64,000 bases of DNA from Curvularia clavata (Eukaryota), in assembly GCA_023920165.1 (NCBI GenBank), contig CP089280.1, positions 682,001-746,000 on the forward strand, read 5' to 3'. Made by a program: the position numbers and the translations under genes. The notes beneath the pieces were generated by a model that worked only from the letters and a program-made list of their open reading frames with translations, had not been told where the DNA came from and did not search any database. Below are positions 1 through 12,783 of the stretch, piece after piece (position 1 is the first letter of the stretch; every line of letters begins with the position of its first letter).

Positions 1-935
1 GCGTGGCATGCTGCGAAAATATGGAAGTTGATGCATGTGCCCTCGTGCTGGCCATCCCAATTGTGCCAAATGTATGATACGGGCGTGCAGTTGAAGACAC
101 AGCTAAGCGTGAACGCGAGACCATAGGCAACGCAAACCCATATCAAAATGTATGCTCGTTGCCTCAGGGCTCGTCGAGGGAAGATGCGGAGGCAAAAGTA
201 CAGAAAGGATATCTTTGCGAATGTGAGAGCGATAAAGTAGAAAATCTCGGTAAGCCATGTGAACTTCAAAAAATCAGCGGATTGGTTTAGGCTAATTCAC
301 TTTCGAGATCATGTCTCTTACCATGATGATACGACTAATCTTTTCAGGGGGTATGGTCCATATGTCTTTTCCAAAGCCATCATACGACATCGGAAACTCG
401 AGTATGCCCATGGGGAGGGCACTTAATAGTGCGAGGACAGCATGGACGTCATCTATGGCAAAGTTCCTGCCGACAGCGATGCAGCGTGCAAGCACTGCCA
501 TGATGGCTAGACCTCCCGACACGCCACTCACAATAGGTGTGATTTGCGTGATATCACGGACAGGCCTTCCACACATTGTTTCTGTGGCATTTTGTGCGGC
601 TGAAAGATGTCAGTTTACTATGGGAGTGAAGGCTAGATAACCTCAACTTACCTAGGGCCTCTACTACAGTACATGACGACAGAACGCACGTTTGAATCGC
701 TTTTTGCAGTGGCTCATCGGTGCAAATACATGTCATGTTTGTTGGTGCACATACAGTCTGCGCCTTGAGACTGGATTCTAGGCATTTAGCCTGTCATAGG
801 TCAGTGCTTGTGACCTCTCAACGTGAAAAGCAATATACTACTCACAGCACATTGCGGTATTTGTTGCTGTCCAGACACTACGGTGAACAGAGCAAAAACA
901 GCACCAACATACTCAGCAATGCCCCGAGGCCTCAT
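1..935 (-). CDS. CFEM + rhodopsin-domain (PTH11-like) integral membrane protein, multi-exon, 3' end runs off window
   Basis: ATG at 935 gives signal peptide MRPRGIAEYVGAVFALFTVVSGQQQIPQCA followed by a GTGAGT donor. Next exons carry Cys-rich CFEM (CICTDEPLQKAIQTCVLSSCT..CGRP), then TM helices with DD..A and GFGKDIW motifs typical of PTH11-like proteins. Confidence 0.85.
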
Positions 936-2656
936 AATCAAGTCCTGCAGGTGTCTGTGGATCGGATACAGGTATGTCGAAAGTTTGAAGAATCAGATGA
1001 GATATCGTTTAGAAAACTTATAAATCGCCGAGAGAATCAAGTAAAGCACTTGATCTTTGCTGACTCAAGAAGCTCAAGGAAATATAAGATTTTGAAGAGC
1101 ATCTGGTCATAAAACCGTTGACATAAGCCAAGGGGTTTGTTGCAACGGTTTTCTTGACTCGATCCATCCCCTCACTAAACTGAAACCTAAACAGTCGTAA
1201 TGGCACCGCGGGATCGCTATTTTGCTAGGCATATCCTTGCCTGTCAGTGATATTAAGTTGTGTATGTCTACTCTTCTAGGCATGGCGTTACTACCTGGAA
1301 CTCGTTACTTGGCGCAGGTACAGCTTACTGTGAGACTTCTTATTTTGTATGTAGGCGTAGTATATTGTAAGCTGGGCGCACCGTCGTCAGCCGCAAATCC
1401 TGGAACATTGAAGGTTTCTTGATTGCGAATTGCGTTAGATAAGACTTGTTCCTGACAATGATCGGGAGTCTTCAGCAAGTGCGTATCCCAGCGGGCTGGT
1501 ACTGCGGTCTTTCATATCCGCAGCCTGACTTGTACTCCGATGATCTTCCGCCGATTATCCTAATGGAGGTATGTGTCCGCCTCTGTCATTGTTTTCGCGG
1601 GGGAATGACGAATCCCACTGCGGCTATGCCTGACGGCACTTGGCTCATTGATACGCCGTTCAATGCTGGCTGAGCCGTATGTGCATTTGCTGCAAGTACC
1701 TAGTTACCTTCACTACCTTTTACCAGTTTCAAGTATTCTTCATATTTCAATGTTACAATGCATGCACGCTGTTCATCTTTGGGATCATATCATTGTTCGG
1801 AGAATACGTTAGGGAACAAGATGTTTTTCATGCTTACTCCATAAACGGCCCGTTTATCACGATAGCTACGAGCCCGATCTTTCTAATGGGGAGAGCGGAG
1901 CAGCGGAGCAGCGGCCCCACATCATGGGTATCCACATTTAGTAGCGAGCGGCGCCTGTTTCGCCCAATCATAATCGGAGCTCCGAGAGGATCTTCTATCT
2001 GAGAGGAGGTGTTCGAGGATCGTTTGCTTGGGCTAGACTTCCCGTGTTGTGATTATCATGCTGACAGTGTACTCCGCAGTGTGTCATGGTTGATCGTCGT
2101 GATCGATCAAGAACTACAGCTTACCACCACCAACTGCTACACACGTCAAGATTCGAGATCTGAGACCTATCGCGCAATATGTTCGAACTACCTCTCGCAT
2201 TTTGCGTCTTTTCTATGAGCCGAGGAATTGCCCCTACGCCGCCGTTGAGCCGCACAGAACCCCAACAATCTTGCCGCCAAGTATAGGCTACACGTACAAC
2301 AAGAGCATATCAGACGGCATGTGAATCTGTTTCAGGCCGGGAATAGCATAATTTACTGCGGCTCGGTAAGTTTCTTGGCCCTAGCGAATTGAGATTCAAG
2401 ACGATCCCGAGTGCCAGCTGCCAACCGGCCCGACTGTCGTAGAACTAGCCATATCGCACACAGCATAGGACAGTGGTGTGTAGAAGGTTGAATATTGGAC
2501 ATGGTCCTCCTGGTTCTAGCATGCAGCTCTGTTGCAGTAACGGTAGAGATGCTACGGTAGCTGCATGAACAGCGTTAACCCATCAGGCATTAAAATCGTG
2601 GGCCCCTTCTATCCTCTACCATGTGTCCCATGTATCTTGTATGATCTTTCCCCAAG

Positions 2657-4350
2657 ATGTCAGGTCTCTCAGGTATCCTGCCTACGTTACCGCTGTCTAC
2701 ATGGCTCTTTGCCGTACTTCCCGTTTGTTTTGTTGGCTACTGGTCGCTGTGGATAGTCTACACGCGCACATTGCACCCCCTTGCCTCGGTCCCCGGTCCG
2801 TTCTGGGCATCCATTACACGGCTATGGTACATGTACCGAATTTACGTGGGTGACATGCACCATGTCCAGCGGGCACTTCACGAGAAGTATGGGCCTGTTG
2901 TTCGTATTGCCCCGAACGAGGTATCCACTGCCGAGTTGTCGGCAATACCTAAAATCTACAAGCACCAGAAGCCTCTTATCAAGACTGATTTTGTAAGAAC
3001 ACGAACACTTGCTATTGTGCATGAATGCTGACTATCTTGGCAGTACTCGGTCTGGGGAGGAGGCGAGATTAGCAAGCGGCTGGATCTGTTCGCGGAGCCT
3101 GATGAAAAGCTTCACAGCAGTTATCGAAGGATTGTCAATCCTGTTTACACGCTGGCAAATGTCTTGAAAAGCGAAAGCTATATCAATAACGTCTCGTCAT
3201 TGTTCATTCAGCGCTTGGGTGAGCATGCTGATCGCAAGGAACCCATCGACCTTGGTCAGTGGTTGCAAATGTAGGTTGGAGTAGTTTACGAATTCATAAG
3301 GAGAACCACTAACAGTGACAGGTACGCTTTTGACGTAATCGGTGAGATCTTCTTCGGTGGAATGTTTGGTTTCCTCGAGCACAGCGAGGATCATGGTGCC
3401 TACATTGAGTCCCTAGACGCAATTATGCCCGTGCTTTGTGTTTCTGCTATTGGTCCATCCTATCTAAGGCCTTTGATAATGTCTTCAGCCATCATTCTTC
3501 CAGCCGCTCTCAAAGCTGTCAAGGCTATAGCAGGTATCAAAAAAGCAGCTGATGAAGCTACTGAGAAACGCCTTCAGGAGATCCAGGCTGGCAAAGTCTC
3601 TCGAGCAGACATGCTGCAACAAATTTTTGACATCGTACACGAAAAGGGGGAGAAGTTGGACTTTACCGAGCGTGATGCAACAATGGAAGCATATGTTGCT
3701 ATGTTTGCTGGATCCGACACGACCGCCATTGCTTTCCGGGCGACATTCTACTACCTTATGCGCAACCCAGGAAAGCTCAAGGAAGCACAAGCTGAGATCG
3801 ATGCTGCGCTTGCAGCTGGCTCATTGAGCTCACCAATCAAATACTCAGAGACGACGACCAAGCTGCCATACATTTGCGCGTGTATCAAAGAAGCCATGCG
3901 CATGCACCCAAGCGTTGGGCTAAGCATGCAGAGATACGCACCAGAAGAGGGCGTTCAGACGGCGGGCAAGTTCATACCAAAGGGTTATCGCATTGGATTG
4001 AATCCGGCTGTTGTACATTACGACAAGGAAGTCTTTGGCCAAGACGCTGACGAATTTCGGCCTGAAAGATGGCTGGTGAGTGAGGAGGAATGGAAAGCTA
4101 TGGACAAGAACCTGCTCGTATTCGGAGCCGGCACCAGAATTTGTGTTGGGAAAAATGTAGGCACTGCTCTTGCCGTGTTCCTTTTAACATTGGCTAACGA
4201 TCGCAGATCTCTTTGGTGGAGCTACACACACTCGTTCCTGAAGTCCTTCGCCATTTCAACTTGGAGATGGCACACGACCGGTCTTGGACCACATGTAACC
4301 GGTGGTTCAACAAGCAGACTGATCTGATGGTGAAAGTGACCCGACGATAA
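2657..4350 (+). CDS. Cytochrome P450 monooxygenase (4 exons)
   Basis: N-terminal TM then HPLASVPGP and LHEKYGPVVRIAPNE; I-helix AGSDTT, EAMR (ExxR), PERW and heme motif FGAGTRICVG. Introns at about 2993-3042, 3271-3321 and 4157-4206; last exon ISLVELHTLVPE..VKVTRR*. Confidence 0.95.
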
Positions 4351-5884
4351 ATCAGAATAACAGTTTGGCTGTCCCTGTAGGGGTCGTTCAGTGTGCCATG
4401 ACACGCTGCGTTGAATTCAAAGCACCTTCATCTTCTCACAGGAGTTGTTCCTTATTTACTAAATTCATATATACCATGTTCTCAGAATCGAGACTTCAGC
4501 CCGATGAACGGAAATTCCAGAAGTCGAACTACTCGCTTACCTTTGTTCGCTTAACCTCCCTACTTCGTCGTGTTGTTCCATTGATTTTTAAAATTTCCGA
4601 AAATTCGTGCTTTCCTTATTGAGTGTGAGCTTAGTTATGGTGCCTCTTCCCTTTCCCTCACGCATCCCCCCACTACAGAGTGGAAGATAGACACTAATGT
4701 TCTGCACGATATAACCCGCATTGCCACGTATCCAAATTTGCAATAGGTTCCGGTCCGATATTCAGCTGCGCGGCATTATGGCAGATCTCTCGATACAGTG
4801 TGTGTCGGGTATAGCGGCTGGTGGGGTGGAATGAGGTGCTCGGGGAGTGAGGCTGAACGGGAGCAGGAAGGAAAGCGAGCTTTTAGGCCGCGGGTGGCTC
4901 CGAGGAGATTAGAAGGAGCATGGGGTTGGCTTGCATGTTTTTGAACATTTTTGTCGCTTCACTCGGTAGGTGGTGAATGAGAATAGGAAAGAAAAACAAA
5001 TGTAAGGGTAGGGGAAGATAAGTTTAGGCCCTGTATATTTAGCAGCGAGTCTCATTGTTCCAAAAGTTGAAAGTTCATCTTGGCGTTGTATATTCGGTGG
5101 GACTTTCCTTCGCGAGGGACTGGTTGGGTAGCAGTGATACAAGGCTGTGTATGTATCGAAACTGTAAGGTGCGAGCTGTCAAGATTGGAGGGTGGTTCAA
5201 CATTGTCTACTCCGTCTGGCGAAATGACGGGTAAAGTCTCTGGGCCGAGGCTTGACTGTACTGAATGGTCGATAGTAATGACAAATTCGTGACAGCCACA
5301 GCCCCCAAATACCAAGCGTAACCGCCTAATATGGTACTAAGATCCCGAACACCGAAACAACATGTCAGTCCGGCCATCTTATTGCTGCAATATCAATCAT
5401 CGTAAAGCATTTTTGCTTTTGGCTAAGCCATCCAATGAGACAGATATTGGCTAAATTATATTGGAGAGGGGCGAGCTATTCGCTATTGGTAAGAATAGAC
5501 GTGCTCTTCGACCACAAAGAGATGGGCTAGCAAGCGCCTGTGTTAACAACAACAGCCACCAAATAAAGAGATACTGCTAGCACACAGCCTCTGCTCACTA
5601 ATGGAGCTTCACAGGGTTGGTCACTGCTTGGCTAACGAATCAAGCAGGAGCAGCGGCAGAACATCCCCAGTCGCTCTCGGCTCCTGAGGCTGCGCTTGCT
5701 ATTAGAGTCAAAAGCACTATTCCGCGGAGGCGAAGTAGAGCAAGCGCCTTTAACTCAGAATGCTGCCTAGCTTTCATGTGCATAGATCATAGGGTTAAAA
5801 GGAACAATCTCGAACGTACTTTCCGAATGATGCCTGCTCACTTGCATCAATATTTCTACCAACGACTTGTTTTGTAAATTCAGA

Positions 5885-7837
5885 ATGCAAACCCCATTTC
5901 GCCATAGACCCCTTGAAGAACCAAGGTCGATACGTGTTCTTGAGCTGCAGCCTGCGCTGAATGCGTTCGAATCCATCGTTTGCAAACTAAGAACGCTTTC
6001 ACTGGATGACTACCCGCACGGGGATGCCAACTACACTGCTCTGTCATACACGTGGGATGGTCAAAAACCGAGTTGCGAGATTGAATGTGACGGCCGTGTT
6101 ATGTTAATAACACTCAACTGCGATGTAGCGATACGAAGTCTCCGAAGTGCAACAAAGATACAGGTGTTGTGGATCGATAGTATATGTATCGATCAGTCTG
6201 ATGAAGCAGTTGTAGAGCGAAGCGGCCAAGTCGCGCTCATGGGAGAGATTTATAAAAGCGCGGCAAAAGTGGTCATTTGGTTGGGTCAGAGCAACAGGCG
6301 TGTTGAAGATGCGATGCGTAAGATCAAGGAACTCGCTCATATAGCTCAGACTGCAAATGTGGGAGATCGCAGAGCTATCAACTACGCGAATCGCACATCC
6401 GCCCAGAATGCTATTCGAGAACAAATTGAACTCATATCTAGTAGTAAGCTACCTCTAACTGCCGAGAGGTGTCTTCCCATTGACATCGATACAGGTATCA
6501 CTCACGCGTCAGACGATCCATTCGGCCCACTCTTCGAATGCTCCTGGTTCCACCGAGTCTGGACCATTCAGGAATGCACTCTGCCTGCCTATGAAAGAGT
6601 AACCCTGCGCTGTGGGACACGTGAGATATCTTGGGCTGCTGTATTCCTGGTTGCAGACTTCCTCAAGGAAGCACGATATAGGTGGGGCCGACACGAAGAA
6701 GCGATGGCGTTGCAAACTCGGATTGTCACATACTTGATATGTCACCGTATTGAAGGTGCCAGAGAAGCACTGAATCAAAACGCCGGGGTGCTGCAGAATG
6801 ATCCCTTGATGTTCTCAATACTGGAGAACATCCGCATGAAGCAAGCCACAGACCCGAAGGACAAGATAATTGGCATGTACGGCCTTTTACAAGAGTTGAA
6901 AATAGACTTTCCGAGCCCAGACTATTCTTTATCTGTGGAAGAAATCTTTCGGGAAGCGACCATAACCTCAATCAAGCACGATAAGAAACTTCACCTTCTA
7001 TATCAAGCACCATCTGACCGACGCCGGGAGAGTTTAGCTTCTTGGGTTCCGGATTGGGAGGAGGTAGGATTCCATCCATCCGATATGAGACATGCCGTCC
7101 TCGGAGGTCAATTTGCAGCATCAGAGCCTGGAACGTTCGTATGCAGTTTCTCACAGGACCACAAAGAGCTGATTCTGCGGGGCAAAATTGTTGATACTGT
7201 CGTCGAAAAGTATGAAGCCCTTCCCGATACAAGGTCTTTTTCTTTTGAGGGTGAGAACAAACATGCAGAAAGGTTGATACTCAATCATATCGCCAGCATC
7301 ACCATGAAAAGCTGGGTTGAAGTAAGCAGAAGAGCCGATTATCCTACTGGCGAACCCTCCAAGGACGCACTACAGCGGACACTCGTCTATGATCAACCAA
7401 AAATTAACGCCGATGCTGTAAGGGATAACGCTTTCAACGATTGGTACGATAACATGTGTCTAGAAGATATGGACCAAGTGGCAAGGCGCTGGCGCGACAC
7501 AGAATCCTCAAGGACACGAGCTACAACTCCCGATATGGCTCTCACGTGGAAGCTATTCGGCGCTAATAACTTCCATCCTCTTGCACATACGTTCTCTTCA
7601 AAGAAGTGTTTCTTTTACACAGCAAAGAACTACTTCGGAACTGCACCAGACCCTCTGCCAGTAAGTATGATGGAAGGCGATAAAATCGCAATCATCGACG
7701 GATTAGAAATGCCTCTACTTCTGCGTCCTGCTGGGGATAAATACAGGCTTATCACGCATGTGTACGTCCATGGGATAATGCATGGGGAGATGTGGCCAGA
7801 GATCGAAAACTCTCTGGACGATATCATACTGTTCTAG
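5885..7837 (+). CDS. HET-domain heterokaryon-incompatibility protein (HET-6-like)
   Basis: Motifs YTALSYTWD, LWIDSICIDQ, QVALMGEIYKSA, WFHRVWTIQE, ATDPKDKI, SWVPDW and C-terminal YVHGIMHGE. Probable in-frame intron at 6444-6494. Confidence 0.92.
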   Translation: MQTPFRHRPLEEPRSIRVLELQPALNAFESIVCKLRTLSLDDYPHGDANYTALSYTWDGQKPSCEIECDGRVMLITLNCDVAIRSLRSATKIQVLWIDSICIDQSDEAVVERSGQVALMGEIYKSAAKVVIWLGQSNRRVEDAMRKIKELAHIAQTANVGDRRAINYANRTSAQNAIREQIELISSSKLPLTAERCLPIDIDTGITHASDDPFGPLFECSWFHRVWTIQECTLPAYERVTLRCGTREISWAAVFLVADFLKEARYRWGRHEEAMALQTRIVTYLICHRIEGAREALNQNAGVLQNDPLMFSILENIRMKQATDPKDKIIGMYGLLQELKIDFPSPDYSLSVEEIFREATITSIKHDKKLHLLYQAPSDRRRESLASWVPDWEEVGFHPSDMRHAVLGGQFAASEPGTFVCSFSQDHKELILRGKIVDTVVEKYEALPDTRSFSFEGENKHAERLILNHIASITMKSWVEVSRRADYPTGEPSKDALQRTLVYDQPKINADAVRDNAFNDWYDNMCLEDMDQVARRWRDTESSRTRATTPDMALTWKLFGANNFHPLAHTFSSKKCFFYTAKNYFGTAPDPLPVSMMEGDKIAIIDGLEMPLLLRPAGDKYRLITHVYVHGIMHGEMWPEIENSLDDIILF

Positions 7838-8258
7838 GACCTCGTTTCCTCGAATTGTTTCCATTGTCACGGATTCTTTCGTAATCCTGTCATGGCCAGA
7901 ATCGTGTTTCAACTCAGTATACAGAGAGTGGAATTGGTTCTTCTGATTTGCCGTAGCGCAGTGCACCTATATGATGTACAAAATGATTATATCTGAATCG
8001 CTTTCATGGGTTCACTATGTGATTACTGCTATAGTAGCTTCAAGAGAAACGTGCTGGATACTCCTTTGGGCATAGAGATGACACACTTCATTTGGGAAAC
8101 ATTTGGCTACACTAACAAATGCTGTAGCAAAGCCTATCATACGGCGCATCGATACGTCTTTAACGTGTACGACACGGCAATTTGAATTGACCAAGAGTGG
8201 TTTCAAATGATAAAACCTAGACATCTCTGGCTCTTTTGGCTCAATGGTCAAGCATCCC

Positions 8259-10010
8259 CTACCACTCCGCCTCATCCACATTCCTAATCCACCCCGCCAT
8301 CCACATCACCGTATCCAAATGCGCCTTGACTCCCACCTTCTCATCAACAGTATGAATATTACCCAAGCCAACCTGCTCGCGATCCCAACCGGGTCCATAC
8401 CGGAAAATATGCTCACTCAAATCCCAGTAGAACTTTGTATCCGTGTTTCCTGTCATAAGTCCCGGACTAACAATCAGATCTTTACCGTACAGCGCACGAG
8501 TAGTACCAGCCAGGACAGAGAAAGGTGTTGAGAGTGAAGCATTTGAAGGGGCGTGGTATGCTGTTGGCGTTATGGGTGCTGGTTCGAGGATAGTGGGGCC
8601 ATGGGATAGTGTGATGCTGGAAGGAGTTTCGGAACCGTTGAAAGCGTGCAGTGCGAGGTTGTGCTTTTTTGCTACCTGAGCGGCTAGAGATGAGATGTGT
8701 GATTTTATGTCTGAAGAGCTGGCTCCGACGTTGATGCGGTGGTTCACTAGGATCTGGGTGCGCTCGGGCAGTGCGTTGTTTTTCACGCCGCCGTGGATGA
8801 TGTCGACGGCGACAGAGGTGGTGAAGAGGTACTTTATGCCTGGACCGGCTTTGGCTGCTTCAAGCGCGAGCGAGTCTTTCTTGGAGCAGGTGGCATGGCG
8901 GTGGGAGCGCTTGTCGAGGAGCTTGGATAGACGGTGGGGGAACTCGGAGCCGTACTTTTGGCCGCATTGGAGGAGGCCCAGGTACGGGTTCTCGTCTGCG
9001 AGGTGCGGTTCGTATGGGTTGGCTTCGATCAGGGTGATGAGTTCGCTGGCGACGCCGATTCCATTGTGTGGTGGTGGAATGCTGCTGTGACCACCAGGCA
9101 TGCGTACAACGATGTCAATATCGACATAGCCCTTTTCGGCGACACCTGGAATGGCAAAGTTGGCACCCCAGCTTTCGACGTTGACTGCGCCCTCGTCGAC
9201 TATAGCGGCAATGGAGTTGTGACCCAGTTTCTTGATGAGATGTTCTGCGAGATACTTGGCGCCGTGGGTACCAGAGATTTCCTCGTCGAATCCAAAAGAC
9301 AAGATAAGTGTTCGTTGAGGTGTGAAGCCGGCCGCAATGAGCGCCTCGACTGCATTGAGAATCGCCATGAGCTGATTCTTGCAGTCGCTTGCACCTCGTC
9401 CCCACACAAACTTTCCATCGTAATGTCCAGAAAAAGGCGGATGCGTCCACTGCTTGACGGTCGAGTCTGGAACAGGAACAACATCTTGGTGGGCCATGAG
9501 CAGATTCGGCTTCAAACTGGGGTTGGTACCAGTCCATGTATACAGCAAGCCATGGGTGTTGACCTTCTCCAGCTGAAGCTTCGCATGCACCAGCGGATAC
9601 GTCTTGCTGAGGTAGTCTGCAAACGAATAGAAGATGTCCCATCGGGGGTCGGCCCCAACTTCGCCCATGTCGTCGTAGCTCTGAGTCGGGATCTCCACAG
9701 CGCCCGATAAGCGCTTGATAGCAGCGTCGCGGAAATCATCGGAGGCCAAATAACTTTCCATGTCGTTCAGCTCTTTTGTTTTCCTCGATGGGAACAGAGG
9801 CTCTGCTTGAGGGCATTGCGACTCCAATTCATTTTTGCTGGAAGTCGAGGGGAGATGCCATATCGATGTCGTGATGACGCAGTTCCTGACCAAGGCCAAA
9901 GCTGCCAAACAAAGCACTGCGCTTGTAACGAACTTGCGCTTGGAAGAAGCTTTGGGTGGATGAGAAGCTGCAGGAAGCAGAGCTCGCTTTTCCCAGTTAT
10001 TGCTCGCCAT
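8259..10010 (-). CDS. CPS1: Vacuolar Gly-Xaa carboxypeptidase (peptidase M20, CPS1-like)
   Basis: 583-aa single-exon ORF with N-terminal TM anchor; Zn-binding motifs MAHQDVVP, GRGASDCK, DEEISG, GGHSS and HTVDE. Confidence 0.93.
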   Translation of the reverse strand: MASNNWEKRALLPAASHPPKASSKRKFVTSAVLCLAALALVRNCVITTSIWHLPSTSSKNELESQCPQAEPLFPSRKTKELNDMESYLASDDFRDAAIKRLSGAVEIPTQSYDDMGEVGADPRWDIFYSFADYLSKTYPLVHAKLQLEKVNTHGLLYTWTGTNPSLKPNLLMAHQDVVPVPDSTVKQWTHPPFSGHYDGKFVWGRGASDCKNQLMAILNAVEALIAAGFTPQRTLILSFGFDEEISGTHGAKYLAEHLIKKLGHNSIAAIVDEGAVNVESWGANFAIPGVAEKGYVDIDIVVRMPGGHSSIPPPHNGIGVASELITLIEANPYEPHLADENPYLGLLQCGQKYGSEFPHRLSKLLDKRSHRHATCSKKDSLALEAAKAGPGIKYLFTTSVAVDIIHGGVKNNALPERTQILVNHRINVGASSSDIKSHISSLAAQVAKKHNLALHAFNGSETPSSITLSHGPTILEPAPITPTAYHAPSNASLSTPFSVLAGTTRALYGKDLIVSPGLMTGNTDTKFYWDLSEHIFRYGPGWDREQVGLGNIHTVDEKVGVKAHLDTVMWMAGWIRNVDEAEW

Positions 10011-10591
10011 CTTGATTGGTGATGGTAGGAGGGCACGAGGGTTGGAGACCAGAGGCTTTGTTCGGGAATAACAATCCAGATATATGTACTAGACTATATC
10101 GGTATGCTAGGCTGGATTAGGAAAGTACTCGGAGTATCGCTCGGTGTACTTGATAGTCGGATAAAAACTGACCTCCGGAAAAAGCACGCACGAGATATTA
10201 GAGTCGAGGGGATGATTAGCAGAGGTACTGAAGGATCTGATATTTTCTACGTAAATTGTTACGCAATTCTAAGTGTTGTTGCAGTGATCCGGGCAGAGTC
10301 AGGTGGTTCTGGTGGGGCGGTTTAATTCCGCTGTTGAACTACACCTGGAGACGATCATGTCCGAAAAGCAGTTGGCAGTGGATCCTGATACTGTTCGATT
10401 ACTCGATGATGTTACTCAACAACTGTTTAGACCAATCTGAATAGGTCTAAAGTTTAGTGCATAGGCATTCCCCCACTGGCTAAGGATGAGCTTCATGATG
10501 TGAACATCCAATACAACAGATACCTATATATGAGGTAAAGAGACATTTTCATACCCTGACTGCACAAATACCTGATACCTAGGCACACCAC

Positions 10592-12122
10592 CTACTCATT
10601 ATTGTCTTCCACATCCGTCTCCTCCTCTTCATCATGAATCATACCATGCAACCCCTCGCTCTCAGCTCCTATCAACGGAGCACGTTCAGGCTCTTTACGC
10701 GCAAAATGGCCTCCAATACTGACAGCAAGTGTGCTGAAGCCGTGCACCATTGTGCTGCCGAACACGATAAAGCAGACAATAGGCCAGATCAAGGTGACGG
10801 TTCTCTGCCTCTCGATCGGGAGGTCGTCAGGCGGGTTTGGCATAGGCAAAGATGTACCCGTCTCCAGCTGTGCACGCGCTTCGATAGCGAGAAAGAGTGC
10901 TCCGACACCCATGGGCCCAAAGTGGCCAACAAAGAGCGCCTCAGTTGTAGTCTTGACAAAAGGTAACAGGTTCAGTTTGAAGAGGGTGAAGACGATTGGT
11001 ATGCGGCGGAACAGAAGGATAAGGACGAGCAAGATGACCAGTCGAGCGGGCGTAATACTGTCAAGCGCACGGAAGCTTTCCCAGGGAATCATGGCGCCGA
11101 AGAAGACAAAGAAAGCAGAGTTGATCATCATGTCAATGATAACGGGAAGAGCCGTTTCGGCCAGAGGCGATCTTTGCCTGTGCGCGAATCCGCGGCCCGC
11201 AAAGAACGCAACGAGGAAGTCATCCACTCCAAGAACCGATGCGAGCCCGACGGAAAATACGGCAGCAAGGAGGTAAAAGGTCAGGTACGAGGCGTGGCCC
11301 ATCCACTCGCGTGCATGTGAGAGGCGATATAGTCTGTTGAAAGCGTGGCCGAGAACAATACCCACAATGACACCTACCACGCACTGGTACAGGATCGTGA
11401 CGAGCAGCCATTTCTTAAAGACACCACCAGCTGTGTTTTTAAGAAGAAGACTCAGACCCAGGTACAAGAAAGGAAACGAGACGCCGTCATTGCAACCGCT
11501 CTCTGCACTCAGGAGATTTCTAATGCGCTTAGGTACTCTTGTGCTGAACTGGCTGTTGGAAAGCACTGAAGCAGCAAGCACGGGATCTGTAGGCGTAAGA
11601 CATGCTGCAATAGTCATGGCCGTTACAAAGTCTGTTTCGAACAGGACGGTAATAAAAAGCGCGCAGATGAGCCAGCCGAATGTCATGACAGGGCCAAGCA
11701 AGGCAAATAATGCATATGCTTTCTTGGACAAGTAATTGCCCTCAAGCTCCAAGCCCACAGCGAAACATTGGATTCCTACAATTAGGCGAGTGGTTTCTTG
11801 GATTGTGTCGTCCTGGTGGCGGTTAGTGATGTTTAGTGGAAGAGATGTTGGTGGTACACGCACCGAAAAGCCCCAGTCGTATGGCCTGAGAAACCCGAGA
11901 GCACGTGGTCCGACAATCTGTGTTACATGAAGTCAGCGGATATTAGTGCGTTGTCTGTGGTAGTACAATACTCACGATTCCAAACAAGGTAGCTAGTGGC
12001 GGTTCTGAGAGGTGCAGTCGGTTCCGTATCATGAGCGAGAAGAGGGCATAGAGTATCAGGAAGAAGGTGATGACTACATAGGTTACGTGCGGGCCCGTCG
12101 GCTCAAGCTGCTCCCAAGCCAT
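10592..12122 (-). CDS. Cation/H+ exchanger (Na+/H+ antiporter, CPA1/NHA1-like)
   Basis: Spliced start MAWEQLEPTGPHVTY; motifs TPTDPVLA, ESGCNDG, GVDDFL, RRIP, GHFGPMGVGA and many TM helices. Confidence 0.92.
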
Positions 12123-12783
12123 GATGAATTACCGTCGAAACGACGCGGTGTATGCGATCTGAAGTCGCGTGTAGTGAAGTCTCTGCGAGGCTGCCGGCTC
12201 AAAGCTTCGGGATGTACGCTTATTGACAGTGACGTCAGACGACAGATGCAGGCTCAAAAGAGATTGGTGCGCCTGTCTGGGGAACCGGTTGAATCCGTCT
12301 GAACCGGACTGACGGTGGCAGCTTGCGGGGTGCATTTATAGTCATTGGGATCAGTTCGACTCGAAAAAACAAAGCCGCGTATGGATGACGGGTGGTTGAT
12401 AAAGTGCGCTACCGTCATTCTTTATATCCGAGGAGCTTTCGTCGACCGAGCGATGCAGTCATTGCCCCTAGGGCTAGGAGCATTTGGGGGACGCGAGATG
12501 CATGCACTATCACGACATGCTGGGAAGTGGAGTTAATGTAACGCGGCGTAGGGCTGAAGCAGCCACAACCTTGGCGTGAAGAATACGCGAAGGGTCCATT
12601 CCGCTACTTTTGTACGAACAAAGCGCCTTTTCCCCCCTTACTATGCCCCAATGCCGCCCCGCGCGGTAGTGCTACTCAATCTGGCCCTGGCCCATGGCGG
12701 GCGTGTATTAAAAATACATCCAAAAGTACAAGCTATGCAACCAATGCAAATGCGAAAAAGAAAAAGAGCCCAGTCTAATCCTC

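Noticed and set aside
8443..9739. Many overlapping antisense or alternate-frame ORFs over CPS1 (and similarly over IEC3, RSM24, GH31 and the NLR)
   Set aside because: These are shadow ORFs expected from GC-rich codon bias of the real genes and carry no recognisable motifs.
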